A DNA stretch of 61,438 bases, counting the filler, from Choristocarpus tenellus KU-1152 (taxonomy: Eukaryota; Protista; Phaeophyceae), in the NCBI GenBank assembly GCA_964200185.2. It is 10 parts of 10 records of this genome, joined end to end, with 100 filler letters (N's around TTAATTAATTAA, not from the genome) between each part and the next. Parts side by side here need not be neighbours in the genome. Positions count along the whole stretch, not along the records: positions 1 to 14,752 come from CAXNAD020001120.1; 9 more parts are not named here. One strand, 5' to 3'. Numbering within the stretch: the first letter of the stretch is position 1; the number at the start of each line of letters is the position of its first letter. A program made the translations under genes and the position numbers. Shown here one piece after another: positions 1 to 13,152 of this stretch. The notes beneath the pieces are model-generated. The model did no database searches, had not been told where the DNA came from, and saw only the letters and a program-made list of their open reading frames with translations.

Positions 1-156
1 CAATGGACAGTCGCCAACCCCCCCCAGATAATTTGAGCCACATAATAGTAATGATACAAGTTATGACTCAACAGAAGCAAGGAACCCAGAATTCTTGCAG
101 AAAGAGAACATGGAGCACATATGATGATTTGACTTTTTCCATTGTTCAGTTCGTAC

Positions 157-1401
157 CTGGTCAGGGATCGAGTCTGGCCATGCAAAGCGAGATTCTTCTT
201 CTTCTCCATTCTCTAATGGCTTCCCTTCACCCTCCTTATCATCGCTGCTGACAGTTTTGATTTGTTTATTCGTGAAAAGACCTTCTTCAGCCACAGCTTG
301 ATTCTGGTCAGACCCCACAAGTCGCTTTTCCTCCGTTTTCTTGGTCAGGGATTGGCTATCTGTGTATGTTTCAGAACCAACTGGGCCACTTCTGTTACGC
401 TCCACTCGGTGCCGAACACCTAGAGTCATGGACTTTCGACGTTCCGGTTGATCTATGCATTCATCGTTTTCCTTGGACTCCTCCTCCCTACTATGATTGA
501 TATCCTCGTCTGCAGTTGGCAAAGGTACCACTTTGCTGCTGGTCGTTGTAGCTATGTTTTCATCGCTTAATGAATCACCAATACTCATGGGGCCTGCTTC
601 AATGGCAGAGACTGTTGTTATTGTTTCAGTCTTGGTCCTACTGACTACATCTTCAGCCATGCCTGCAACACCAGCCACATCATCATCAGACGATGGCTCA
701 ATTTTGGGTGGTTCGCAGCGCGAGAGTATGGATTTATTAAATTTCGCAAATAAAATGTATCCCATATAGGAGATCACCATGATGGTGGATTCGTATATCT
801 TTACTGTTGAGTCCATGAAGGCAATGGACAAAATCCCTATAGAGTAAGAGTAGAAGAATACATCCCGGCACACAGGTCGCCAATCAATCATGAGCGATCC
901 CCCACCCTTCCCCGCCACAGCTGCAGACAGAGCCACGATCACAAGGATGTTGAACATGGCAGACCCCACAATGGTACCCATCCCGACAGAATTCGCATCT
1001 CCGAACGCGTCCATGGTCGACGTCAAGAGCTCGGGTGCAGAGGAACCAGCCGCGAGAAACGTCGCTCCAGCGACATCAGGAGTGAGTTCCAGCACGTCTG
1101 AAATCTTCTCAAGAGACGTTTGAAAGAACTCATCGCACACTACTGCCAGTCCAATGAAAGCGTAGAGGATCCCCACAGATGCCAAGACAGCTATCCCCCC
1201 ACTTGGCACAGTGTTACATCCGGCTGAAGAGAGCTGTCGTCCCTCTACTCCCCTCGCTGCTCCTCCTTCCTCCTGAGCCCATCCCCAGCCCTCCTTACAC
1301 AAAAACAGCAATAAAAGAATCCCAGCAATGACTCCAAACACAACCCTTCGTCCTGTCTTCCGAATCCGCCTCCGTGCTTCTTTTATGCGACTTCTCGCCA
1401 T
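157..1401 (-). CDS. K+-dependent Na+/Ca2+ exchanger (NCKX/SLC24 family), first coding exon; gene continues beyond the window start
   Basis: Alpha-1 repeat motifs AVVCDEFF, DVAGATFLAAGSSAPEL, GMGTIVGSAMFNIL and WRPVCRD, followed by a long acidic cytoplasmic loop. ATG at 1401. Donor CAG|GTACGA at 157/156, so the ORF tail at 61-156 is intronic. Confidence 0.93.
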
Positions 1402-1799
1402 CCTAGTTGGAGCTGCGGCACTTCCGATGGCATGGGATGCAGGAATGAGACAGGAGGGAGGCACTCAATGAGGTCACCACAAATATGGAGAAATTTTTCT
1501 GTGCTCATCCCGGGCACCAACTATTATTGCCTCACCTCTGTCCCTTGTTCCATGTTTTAGGCAGGAAATTGGGGATTGAGGACAATTTGCTGGAAGGAAA
1601 CGGTTGGTGTAACGTCAGAACAAATAATAATATTGTCTATGATTGGATAATTCAATTCCTAAAGAGGTCAAACCATTTTATTATCCTGAAACAACAGAAG
1701 TCAAATTTCAAATCGAATTCTTCCTGTTATAGTAGATATCGCGGGGGGGAAATTAGGTGGATGTGTGGTTTGGCATTCTGGTCTGACTAAGGTCCATAT

Positions 1800-3660
1800 T
1801 TGGAGCAGCAACTAGGATATATTGGTCTATTTGAAGTCATTGTTGCCAATGGGATGGAGAGGACCCTACTAGACACCCGCCGATGGCATGAGTGTGAAGA
1901 ATGGATCTGAAGCCTCAACAGGGAAAACACCTTCAACAGCGTCCATTGCCTGCCTTCATTTTGGCCCTCCTGGATATTCTTCCTAAGTTCCTGACCTATG
2001 TCGCTAAGCTCTACGGTGGTTCAGGGAGCTACTCTTCCACTGGTTGATGCGGTGGGGTCAGAATAAAAAACCATATAGGTCAAGATTCCAACAGGGTGAG
2101 GCCCCCGCCTGTTCTGCCTGGCCACCACCAAGTCACTCAAGAATATCTAAAACACTTTTGGTCCTAAAGGGGTGTCATCGAGAATTTATCTAGATGATTA
2201 ATCTCTTTCTTCCCATAGGATCGATTCCGCAACTATGGATGCCTTCGCCCAACTGAAGAAGACCTACACAGAGTGGAGATTCTCTTAAATGCGGAAAAAA
2301 CCTTCGCTTCCTTCCCCCCAAGGGCCACCAACCCCTCCAGTCTGAGTTGGATTCCCTTACCGCTGTGGGCATCAACCTGGTCACAAAAAGTTATGGTTTT
2401 GTGGCCCCGGGTACTCCCGTCAGCACAGAGGATTTTGTCCGACCTCATATAGATGGGGTTCTGGAGAGGTGTGGGTCACAAGATTTTGCCAAGCGCATCA
2501 TGGAGAGGGAGGACAAACAAGTTGCATGTCTCCTAAACGCCTAGTCCCTCTGCCCCCGCCTCAGGTACTTGGCCACGGTCGCCCGCCCGCAACTAGTGGG
2601 CCCAACCATGCAATAGGTGGATAATACCTCTCTATGAACCCTAGAGGAGTTCATGCAAGTTGCTGACTCGCCTTGAGGCCTTGTACTCTTCTGAGGATGG
2701 TGTATCAGTGAATCATTGTGCTTGCAGACACATCAACGTGTCCAGACCGAAATGACTTTTAGCGCAGGGTGCCTAGGTCTCTCTTCAATGATCCACTGTC
2801 AGCATGCTGTTTGTATGGACTCTTTAGTAACCTCTTCCCCTCCCTCCTTGCACATTAACAACGCAGGCAAGGAATTTACTGCTGCGATCTGCTCCAGTTC
2901 CATAATCTTGACCCTCGGAGGTTCCATCTCATTCATTCTCTCTCCCAGAGTCCCTGGGGACAACCTGGGCACTACCATTTGCCAAGGAGGAGTAGACTGT
3001 GGGAGCACCTCCCCCCAGGCCACCCAGTCCACACACTGGCTGCGTATGACCTAGGAGGGACAATCAGACAGGCCCAGCATGACATCACCTGATTTCTCAA
3101 CCGAAGTCATTATTTCTCTCTCTGCTCCCAGCTGTTAAAGATCTATGCAGGAGTCTCCTACAGTGGCTTCAACCAGGCACAGGAAGAAGCCAAGGTGGAT
3201 AGGGGTGCAATGTTTGCGTCTCAACTCAACCTCTTGAGCCAGCTACAACTATACCTCCCCCTGAACTTTGCCTCATGGCAACTCTTTCTCTTGGGATGGA
3301 GGGGGCACCCTCTAATGGCTGCCGAGTGGAGAGATGTAGGAGGCAAGGGGTGGAACTGGCCATGCTCGCCCTTTGGCCCAAAAGTGGTGACAAAGTACAG
3401 CAGTGATCATCTATGTTCTGGCAACTGGGCACCATCTGCAGTCAAATGGATATCCCCTGCACCATCAATGACAGTTTCCGTATGGATGAGGTATTCCATG
3501 CTGGAGCACTCTCCAATGCAGTTACTGGGGGATAAGGAACTACTCCTGGATGTGGGCTTAGGTGAAGTACAAGCAGAGTGCCACCTCCTCAGTTCTTAAA
3601 ACAACAATGGTGTTGCCACTGGTACAGCAGAGGTCCATATATGCAGCCACCAAGAGGGAT
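1800..3660 (+). mobile_element. Degenerate CRE-like non-LTR retrotransposon (RT plus start of the RLE region), copy 1
   Basis: Frameshifted RT motifs ENTFNSV (~1925), QQGE..P (~2090), IYLDD (2187-2198) and GTPVSTEDFV, thumb AGCLGLSS, then LLLDVGLGEVQ. Recognisably homologous to 11277-12800. Confidence 0.8.
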
Positions 3661-4289
3661 TCTTTGCATGATCTTTCCTGATCTCTTGTGCTATTATGTT
3701 TATTGCCCTCTTCCAGTTACATTGTTTTCCTACATGACAAAATCCCGTAATATGTCGATGGGCAATATAATGTATGTACTCATAATATTCATGTTATTCC
3801 TATCACAATGTACCGTAATGCACAATTAATATATAGTATTTCTAGTACTACTTCAGACGTAACTCCTTTTCTGGTTGATAATTTAATATAATGTAGTACT
3901 CAGTATTTCTCTGTTATTATAATCTCCTCATATCATGAATATTGTCACCATCTCCTTGCATGAAACCTCATGGCATGTTCTAACATGCTTTATCACTTGC
4001 ACAACATTTCCCTGAAAATGGTAGGTGCTCCCGAATTCAAATTAAAACCAGACATTGACGACTAGGCTGCAAATACAAGCAAGCGCAAGGGGCTGCATCT
4101 CTACTAGGGTGGGATAGAAAAGAAAAAAAAGACCAAAGCTCCTCTGCATCCATGTGATTGCGTTCACCCTCTGGTAATAAATACTGGAACCAGACCATGA
4201 CAAATAGTTGGGTTTACCCTTGACATGCACAGGTAGACAGAACCCCCCCTTTCTACATGGTTTTTGAAGACCAGCAAAATATCAGTGGG

Positions 4290-4680
4290 TTTTAATAATA
4301 TTTTTTTCAGACATTCTGGGCAGATTTCTTTCTCTAATAACACAACTAGATGAAAAGGCGTTCTTTGAAGGTGTTACATGTGATATTTAAAAAAAAAAAA
4401 TTGCAGGATTTTGTAGAAGACTGTGGCACAGTGGTTTTGAAGGTTTGTTTTTTCAGGCACATTTTGGGAAGGTTTTTCCATGAATCACAAATTAGAAGAA
4501 ATTTCTTTTTAAAAAGCTATTGCTTGTGACAATTTTGGGAACACCCTTACCAAAGAACCTTTCTAATATTTCGGAACATGCAGGTTTTCAAAAAAATGTT
4601 CTTTTGGACACTTTTTGGACAGGTTCCCCCACTAAACATACTACTGGATGAAAAGGTGTTGCATGAGATGATTCTGAAAC
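4290..4680. repeat. About 3 degenerate ~150-bp tandem units (TE subterminal-like)
   Basis: A block like ttttc(a/g)gacatt(c/t)tgg..ag.ttt...ctagatgaaaagg recurs at ~4300, ~4450 and ~4600. Confidence 0.5.
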
Positions 4681-5949
4681 CTGACCATTTTGGCTTTTGA
4701 AAGGATGACCTTGATCGAATTCTGCCTGATATCTCTCCCTATTTTGGTGACATACTGACAAGGTGTTGTGTACATGTTCCTTAAACCTTAATATCTCCTG
4801 GGCTTTTCCAAAGGTTGACTCACAAGTTTTGCTTTGCAGTATCCTTAACTTCTGAGAACACTTCTCTATGGTGATGGGTATATTTCATTAACTCTTTAAA
4901 AAAGACCATTTATTATGTGTTGATCAAAAAGTTAAAACATAGACTACAAATTCCATTTGCCTTGATACGATGCGGTATCGTCAGTCCATACTGAAGGTTG
5001 ATTTGTCCATTGCAACGGTCACTATTCGTGTTTACATCATTAGCCCATCATCACAACTTATTCAACCACTGTCAGAACATCATAGCACACAGGAAGCATG
5101 AGAACAGTCGCTACCTATCACACATATAAGCATATTATGTGTCACAGCAGTTACCTTAGACATGGATTCAAGCTTGCCTTGTTGTTTCTTCCTTGTTTTT
5201 ACTTCTTTTTCACACAGGTTGTCAGTTGCAAAGCATGTGTTTATTATTGTTTTTTACTCAACTGGTATTGACCCCTCATAAGACAAACCCTATTCACTCT
5301 GCAATGCAGACACATGCCAGGATGCAATATAATCAGAGTTAAAATCATCCTTCAAAACCCTTCTCAGCCAAGGTAACAACCCCCTTCACAGAGGATGGAT
5401 TTCTTCATTTGAGCATCTCAATGAATAACCACACATTTCTCTTCAACCATAGTCTGAGTAAAACATGCCTTTAGACATACCAGACCAAACTCGCAGGTGT
5501 CTTGTTGCACTATGACATACATGTCTCTAAACGTGCTAAGCACAGCACAGCCAAACACATTTTCACATCAATCATTGTCTGCTTGAGTAAAACATGCCAA
5601 TAGAAATACCAGAACAAATTTATCTGTGCTTTGTGCACTATGATAACCTTCGTTACAAACTAGACCCATCACAACAATGCACAACTCGTACGAACTCAGG
5701 CTCAACAGGTTAAGAGCCTCACATGATTCCCCTTCAAAATAATTCAAAACAGCTGGGATACATATTAGTTAGGGTTACCTCATCCTTCAACGGATGTTAT
5801 GTTTGCCAACTACACAGGAAAAAATAGAGTAAGTAAGCTATAATCTTGATATGCAACACAAACACTACAATATATTAGCAGTCGCTGTTTTGCACACTCT
5901 CTGTTTCAGTCAGCTGAATGCTGTTACGGACTGAGTCGGAAATTATATA

Positions 5950-7620
5950 CAATAGCTATTTCACACAAGTTGTTAGATACAAAAGGCATGGCGCACCATA
6001 CGTCCTCACTCAGTTACAAGATATACAATGGTCATGTACAGTCCACACTTTATCAAATGTTCCTTCCAAACTTTCACCTGACCATGCACAAGAACCACGC
6101 ATCCCCTGTCCACAAAGCGTGCAACCCCTATCCCCTTGCAGCACTGATTTGGAATAAAAGAAAACACTGCAGTTTTGGGGTACACAAGTAGAGGAGAAAC
6201 ATACCAGCACACCATGCTACTTGACCAAAAAAACTCTTACCAATTTTTTTTTCAGGACCATAGCATCTATATCATGTAGGAGACTGGGATACGCATACCT
6301 GTATGGCAATGCCCAATCCTACACCCTTAACCCCACCCAGTGGCTGACAGACAGGTATAGTCCTGCCATGCTTGCAAACCATGTCTCTTAATATACACTG
6401 TCTAGTCAGTTTGGTGTAGCCAACAAGTAGATGACTGCTTCTTGACTTCAGATAACCTTCAGATAAACAATGGGACGAAGGCATAGAACCTAAATTACAT
6501 GCACATATATTAATGAGGCAAGCAGATTCTGGTTTTGCATTGTTTTGCTGAAACAAAAAAGTCATGCTATTGTGCAAAGCAACTTCAGCAAGCAGCACAT
6601 GATATTTTACACTATATGTAAGAAAGTAAACCTCATGGAGCTGCTTCATCGAGGCCACTTCAGAAAGGAGGGGGGGGCAAACAGTTGTACTGTGGAGACT
6701 TACATGCTCTGGAACAATCCTTGAGCTCCTTCCCAGTCCCAGGAAGCATCAACTACAGGTCCTTTAACATTTTTATTGCCTGTCCTACACAAGTCTTCCC
6801 CCACCATGGTAGGCATGTTGTGGTCATCAATCTCTGGTGTGCTGCTAGCCTTAATGTAGGCACTGATCTTCCTCTCAGTTTCATCAGGATCTACATCATC
6901 CACAGTTTGGCTAGCTGCAAGGTGGGAGGGAAATAGATACGAGAATACAGTATTTGAAGAAAGGTGTTGAAAACTAACACAATATATGAAGCATTTCACC
7001 GGAAAATGTTTGTACCAATGCAATGACACAATGATGGACCTATCACACAACATGACTGGACTGCAAGGTGTCTCTGTGTATGTACAGCTCTAGGTCAAGG
7101 TATTGGCTTGCGGGGGTCCCAGATCTTTCTATGCCAGTACTCCCTTGCCAACACTATCCAACAATTGTGCCTTGATGTGCAGCTAGAGAACCATCTCAAG
7201 GATCTGCTTCAAAGTTGCCAGGCACTTATTGATTTGCAGTACAATAGACATACATTATCACAGAGCATATAACGTGCGTTGCACACTACACATTTATTCC
7301 ATACCCTTACAAAAGGGGTGAGGTACATTGTAATCAACGGAATGTAAACTTCCAAAATCACGAAGACAATGTGAAGGACACATGAATACGTATTGGTAGG
7401 TCCAGAATTGTGCACTATTTATCCCCTGCAATATTGCTTCGATCTGTGTCTCCGCCCTCCTCTTTCTTGAGGCCTTCAAATCAGTGAAGGTAGTACATTG
7501 AGGATTGGAGCAATCACACAACACATGAAAGCTGCGCACACAGTGTGAAACATGGTGGTTACAATGATCCTGCACTCATCCATTGGCAAAGGAGGAAACT
7601 TGTTTGCGTACGAAACGCAT
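5950..7620 (-). mobile_element. Probable decayed KDZ (Kyakuja-Dileera-Zisupton) transposase with upstream Cys cluster
   Basis: Minus-strand fragments in the expected order: Cys/His cluster HCNHHVSHC..CDCSNPQC (~7500), MVCKHGRTIP (KDZ VCxHG motif, ~6375) and GCTLCGQGMRGSCAWS (resembling GxGxTDGExxERxW, ~6100). Many stops and frameshifts. Confidence 0.45.
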
Positions 7621-8639
7621 AAATTATGAGAGAACAAGCTAGTAAATTAGGGTGAAAAAAGCCACTTGCACTAAAACTTGGTATGTTGACCCTGTCACCC
7701 ACAGAAGCAGGCAACAAGTCGCTAGTCCTTCGCAAAGATACACAAAGTGGAATTAACTTGTGCAGGAGAAGGGAACTCAAATAAAGGTACATGAAACAAT
7801 GGTCATTATGAAAAGAGGGATACCCCCTTCCCCTCACCTCCCATGCACCTAACCCTTTTGACCAGGGGATTGAACAAGCATACAAAGGGTTACATCCCCA
7901 CAACCAGGTGGTGAACCGTAACAAATGTTCGATAGGGTGAGTGGGTTTATTTCCGGGCAAGTCTGTCAACCGAGGGATAATCGCAACACAGAGATTGAAA
8001 CCTCCAGGTATTGTGTGTCTGCATTAGCGAATCATCCCCTCTTAGTAGTGTATCGAGTACTTGGGCCAGGACGGCGATATATTTTCCCACCTCTTGACCA
8101 CTGCGCGGCTGTAGTCGACCCCACATACCATAGTATTCTTCCTATCTTCCTCCTCCACTTTCTCGGAGTGGTTCTTCCTATCTTTCCTTGCTGCTGTTTT
8201 CCACCATAGCGCGCAATGACCTCCAACTTGAAAGAAGTATGGTATGCTGGAGGATGGTTATAGAGGGTGCAACGTGGAAAAAATGAAGGTCGTAAAAAAT
8301 CGGCGTGGATCCACCGAGAAGTCTCTCCGTTTTCTCGGCATGAAGGACGATATCGTAGATGGATAAATGCAGGGAGAGGATTGACTTTAAACTTTGGTAT
8401 TCCAAGAAAGGGATGGGGATGTGCGAAGATGATTGAGGTCACGAGGACGTACACTTACATTATCACTGCATGAAACCATGTTCGTCTTCCACCAAAAGGA
8501 ACAACTGTCACTGTCAGGGTGCGTTGGAGGTGTCGTCGTCATTCATGGTATGTCCTCTACCTATCTATGAAATGTGTTAAGTCAACCTTTTCTTACGCGT
8601 ATGGAGACACGTATGACGTATGAAAGTATATGACGTTCT

Positions 8640-10123
8640 AAATGTGACAGTTGAGGATTTCACACCTGACCCCAACATATCCAAGGGCGTTGTTTTCATC
8701 GAGAGGGCGCCTATGAACAGCCTGATCAAAGGAGGAGGAGCACCAGGGAGTGGGACAGCACTTGAGCCGCTTTTGTGAGGTATGCTTTATGCTGATGGCC
8801 TGGACATTGTGTGTAAGACCCTAAGCGGTTTGGACAGGATGATGACAATGTTTGTGAAGGTAGTCAAATCATTCCGTCTGACTGTATCGGCATTAAAGAC
8901 CAAGGCTCTCTGCCTTCATCCTCTAATTCAGGATACCGAAAAGATGCAGACCCAGGCATTGGACCAGGCCTACAAGAAGAATGGTAAGTTGTTTACCTTG
9001 GGGGAACAAATAGTAACGATGCCACTATTAGTGCTAAGACCTGGAGGATTCAGAAGCTGAGAGTTGTATTTTTCAAATACAGTCAAGTTCTTTATGTCAG
9101 GACCTCAGTTGCCTCGCTCGAGCTTAATATTCGAATCCTTGACGCTGAAGTACTTGGAGAGTTCTATTTCATGGTTCTGTGAGGGACACTTGGCCACGCT
9201 CACTCTCTGAAGCTGCGATCTAATCACCATAAATTCCTCCTCCGTTCCATATGTTTCAGTAAAAGGGAACGGACCCATCGTGCCCTGTCCTACAAAGATA
9301 CTCTTATGAAGAGACTCAAAGTATCTGGGCGGGGTGGCGGCTGTCCATTCGGGGTCCATTTTTCCATGTCGCGATTTTTGACTGATTTGGTTGCATGCAT
9401 TGATAGATATTGTAAGTGCACTTCTCCTGGACAGGGCCCGTATAGACAACTTAGTGTACGCCCCCCCCCAGATACCCAGATACTTTGAGCCAAAATGTGA
9501 GTGAGAGTATCAAGACAGCGGTGCAAAAGGAGAGACTCCTATTAGCTGTGGGTCAGTTGTTTGAATGGGGGATGGCGGGCTTCCCAAGATATTGATGTTT
9601 ATGGAGCATGCTAATGGAAAATGGAAGCAAGGTGAACAGGAGTAGAAGTGCTGGAGATGTCTCGAAGATTTTGGCAAGTTTGAGATTGGAGATGAAGGCT
9701 GGACGATGAGAGCCACTAACCAACAAGAGTGCTGCGAGTATGTGGCTAACGGCACAACGATGTTCATTGCAGAATGACATTTCAAAGGAAGTTGTTGGCG
9801 GCTAATTCATGTCACACCAAAGCAGCAGCTAACGTCACCTAAGCCACCCACACTACCACCATCACCGTCTGCTAGATGCTGTTTTCTTCGTTGGCTCATT
9901 CATTCCCTTTCACCCTTTGTTCATTTTCTATCTTTCCTTCCCCCTTTTTTTTGCAGGTTCTAGTCTTCCTTTTATTCGCTTCTTGAGTTTTTATTTTTTG
10001 TCCTCTTCTTTTTTTCGTTGTTGTTGACTTTCCCAATGAGTATTTAACTATATTTCCTTCTTTGGACTACTTTTTCGACTAGGAAGGTCTGGGATCCCTC
10101 AGACTAATGTGATGATTATAATA
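8640..10123 (+). mobile_element. 5'-truncated RTE-clade LINE remnant (RT C-terminal half plus 3' UTR), interrupted by a MITE at 9313-9491
   Basis: MLYADG..V..TLSGLDRMMTMFVKVVKSFRLTVSALKTK matches the RTE-type YADD..GLTVS.KKT region. A pyrimidine-rich 3' UTR ends in a tgatgattataataa tail. Confidence 0.78.
9313..9491. mobile_element. MITE family B (~180 bp)
   Basis: TIRs gactcAAAGTATCTgg...ccAGATACTTTgagcc with flanks aaga/aaaa (imperfect TSD). Homologous to 24168-24351 and 33386-33563. Confidence 0.85.
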
Positions 10124-11100
10124 AATTTGGTGAAGCAATGCCACTGATGAAGTTGACAGAGTTCTGTAGTCGTGTGCGGCGTACAAGTTGATTGCGAAAA
10201 GCAATCAATGAAAGTCTGGTAGTCTGTCACAAGGAGGCACAAATAAATTGTTCACCCAAGAGTGGAAGCAGGGGAGATCTCCAACTTTAGATAAGTTATT
10301 GCCAAGGGAAGAGGAGGTGCAAGAGTGAAGCAAACGATCTCTTACAACCACCAAAGCCATTGCTGACACTGAGGAAATACGGCTTCACAAGAGTCAGAAT
10401 AAATGCGATTCCGTACAGGTGGATGTAGAAGAGAATGACCTTCAGCTGTACCATCCCAAAAAAACTTCCCCTGAGCAATGAATCTGAATTCTCATGCGTT
10501 AAGCATGGAATTTATTGCAGCTCTGTGTGACCTGTTAGGTGTGGAACATATGTTTGAATATAGGTTATATGGGTTCTGCCAGGTCTTCTTGTTCGAGTAT
10601 AATCTTCTTATGTGGGAAGGAAAAGAGATACAGCCGGCAGCGGATTTATTTGCAGATATATGCGTCTCTACCAATGAAAGAAGTAGTTGACATGAAGAAG
10701 GGAACAATCAGGTGAGGAGTGGATTATTCATCCGCATGCACTGCATTCTTAAGCACCTCTATGTATTGATCTGCTCCAACTATTGATGACTTCCTTCATA
10801 GATCAGTATGTGGCACGTCCTTTCAGTCTTGCACAAGTTTGTTCCACCATAACCTTGTCCTCTCGGTTACGGTTCGTCTTCGTCCATCTGGTCCGTCTTG
10901 CCTCGTCATTCTCTTCACCACCCTTGCCTGAGTAAACCATGCCGCCACAGAATCACATGATTCACAATTCTGAATGTTAAAACATAACTTACTCATTTGG
11001 TTCGTCTTGATACGATATGGTATCGTCACTTCGTACTGGTCGTTATCTCCGATAATTTCATTAGCTCTTCATCACAACATCTTCAATTACCTTTAGAACA

Positions 11101-12838
11101 TTTTTATTATTATGCCCTCTGACATTTTGCAGATATGTCAGGGGAGAAACCAATGAAAACTGTACACATGTCAGTATAAGCCCTAAAGAAATAAATGTCA
11201 TAAATGTGGAAGACACTACTCTATTTGATACTTCACCACTATATATGGTGTACTACTACTTGTGTCTCCAATCTACTTAAACCTGTACCCCAGGGGGAGG
11301 AGCTAGGGAGGCATCCCAAGAATCCAATAAAACCCTCCGTGCATATCTCCCCGGTGACTCCAGCTTAAAATGCATGACACGTCTAGACTGTGCCACTTGC
11401 ATAGTTACCGAGCCATTTTGGCGTAGCCAGGATTTAACTACTCCTTTCCTGTTGTATCCTCCCGCTCCTCTTCCCCCAACCACATGAGCAGCCAGCTCAT
11501 CCAGGAAGCACTCCGCTTGCTTGCCGAGGCGCCCAAAACTTTCCACCGTGAAGGCGTTGAGGTTATAACGATGAGGATCAAAAGAGCCCTCATAGTGGGT
11601 GCGCTTTCGCGCCTCGGTTGCAGCAGCAGCTACACCATTGCTGGTGGATGAGTGTGTGAGGTGGGAGGTTGCTGTACTTCTGCGAATGTGACATCTAGCA
11701 GAAGGTCATTGTCCCTGTAGGGGGCTGTTCCCACGTCTGCCAGTGCCCTTGCATGGAAAACTAGATCCATGCGAAGATTCTTGTCAAGTGTGAAGGGGCT
11801 ACCGTCCTCCATAGTGCAAAGGATGCCCATCCCCTTGCATAGTTGGCTTAGGCGTTTCACCTTTGGAGTGTGCTGTCGGACCTGTCCTCCTGCCATGGGG
11901 CAGGTACGGGCATGTCTGATATTGACATTTTGCCTCCTGCTCCCTGCAACTGGACAATGTTGGAGAGGACCTCTTCCCTCCCTAGGAATCTGCTGACTGT
12001 GAGCTTAAATTCTAGAGGGGGCATCTGGCATGCTGGTTCCAGAGGTTGTGTCGAGGGCCATGCGTTTGCCCCTTGTCCACACTGGCCCTGGTGGCGCACT
12101 AGGGCCAATGAGGAGCTTTCCCCCCCTTGGTGGGTTTCGCTTGGTAGGCCGGCCAGTTATGTCCTGAAGCAGTCAAAACAGGTCCTGTTCATGAGGCATG
12201 TGATCTCATGTTGAGCTCTTCTTATGATCCTCGCGTTATGAGCTGCCAGGATATATACCCCTGGGACAGGTGTAGGGGATGAGCCAAAGCATCTTAGAGG
12301 GTAGAGCCGCATCCATTTGGGGTTCAAAATCCAATGTTGCGATTTTGATGTAATTTTGGCTATCGTGTTTGTTAGGAAGTGCCAATATCCATTTTCCGGA
12401 CACACCTTTTCATAACGAATACATTTTACCTACTTAAAACATTTTGGAGTAGGAAAGTGTCATAAAAAAGCCCATGGAAAGCCAAGCCCCAAGTGGACAA
12501 ACAGGGCAAAACCCATACCCTCTAAGATACTTTCCCTCGGATGTTGTTCCCTCCCAGGTTACCCAGTCTTGGCCAATGACTTCTGCAAGGTCTTCTAAGG
12601 GGACACCCGTGGAAAGGAGGGAATGAATGGACAATCCTAAAGCCTGTATTATGGGGCTCGTGCAGACAGCTTGCAAGAAGGACTCGCCATGAGGCCTTTC
12701 CTGCCTTGCTGGGAGAGTAGTCACCAGTGATCCTACGAAAGTTGCATATTGGCAGTGCTTCATAGAGGAGAGGCCCAGACCCCCCGCACTTGTGGACATC
12801 TGTGCCTGTACTTGTTGGTGGGTCTCTAGGCGGAGAAA
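11101..12838 (-). mobile_element. Degenerate CRE-like non-LTR retrotransposon, copy 2: thumb, restriction-like endonuclease, 3' UTR and (TAA)n tail
   Basis: GGLGLSS; RMDLVF...LLLDVTFAEVQ; ARKRTHY...FTVESFGRLGKQAECFLDELA (PD-(D/E)xK RLE C-terminus). Stop at 11277 and tail ataataataaaaa ending ~11101. Split by a MITE at 12281-12538 and truncated by an LTR at 12839. Confidence 0.85.
12281..12538. mobile_element. MITE family A (~260 bp), 4-bp TSD GGAT
   Basis: ggat|GAGccaaagcatcttagagggta ... taccctctaagatactttccCTC|ggat. Removing it plus one TSD copy restores the host reading frame (EGTTSPTPVPGV). Confidence 0.92.
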
Positions 12839-13152
12839 TGTTACAGGCGATATGTCTTGATGGTGATTTCATCAACACCATTATGACATTGAAATTCTAG
12901 ATTTGATATATTTGTACTTCTTGATTATTTATTTATTATTTGGTCATTATGATCCCCGATTGTGATAGGACATCGTAGACCAGTTCCTTTTTATACGATG
13001 ATATTGATGATAAATGATAATCCAAGTGAGAGATCCAGCATACTTGACGACTTGTGCATCAGGAGACTTGTACGTACATCAGTATCATCTACAGGCCCGT
13101 AGATTGGAGCTATACATCCTGTGGAGGTAAACCTTCGGGGGCACCTGTAACA
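12839..13152 (+). mobile_element. 5' LTR followed by a tRNA-Gln-type primer-binding site (13153-13165)
   Basis: TGTTACAGG...CCTGTAACA termini; homologous to the solo LTR at 23785-24061. The next bases TGGAGGTCCTACC are complementary (1 mismatch) to a typical eukaryotic tRNA-Gln 3' end. Confidence 0.85.
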
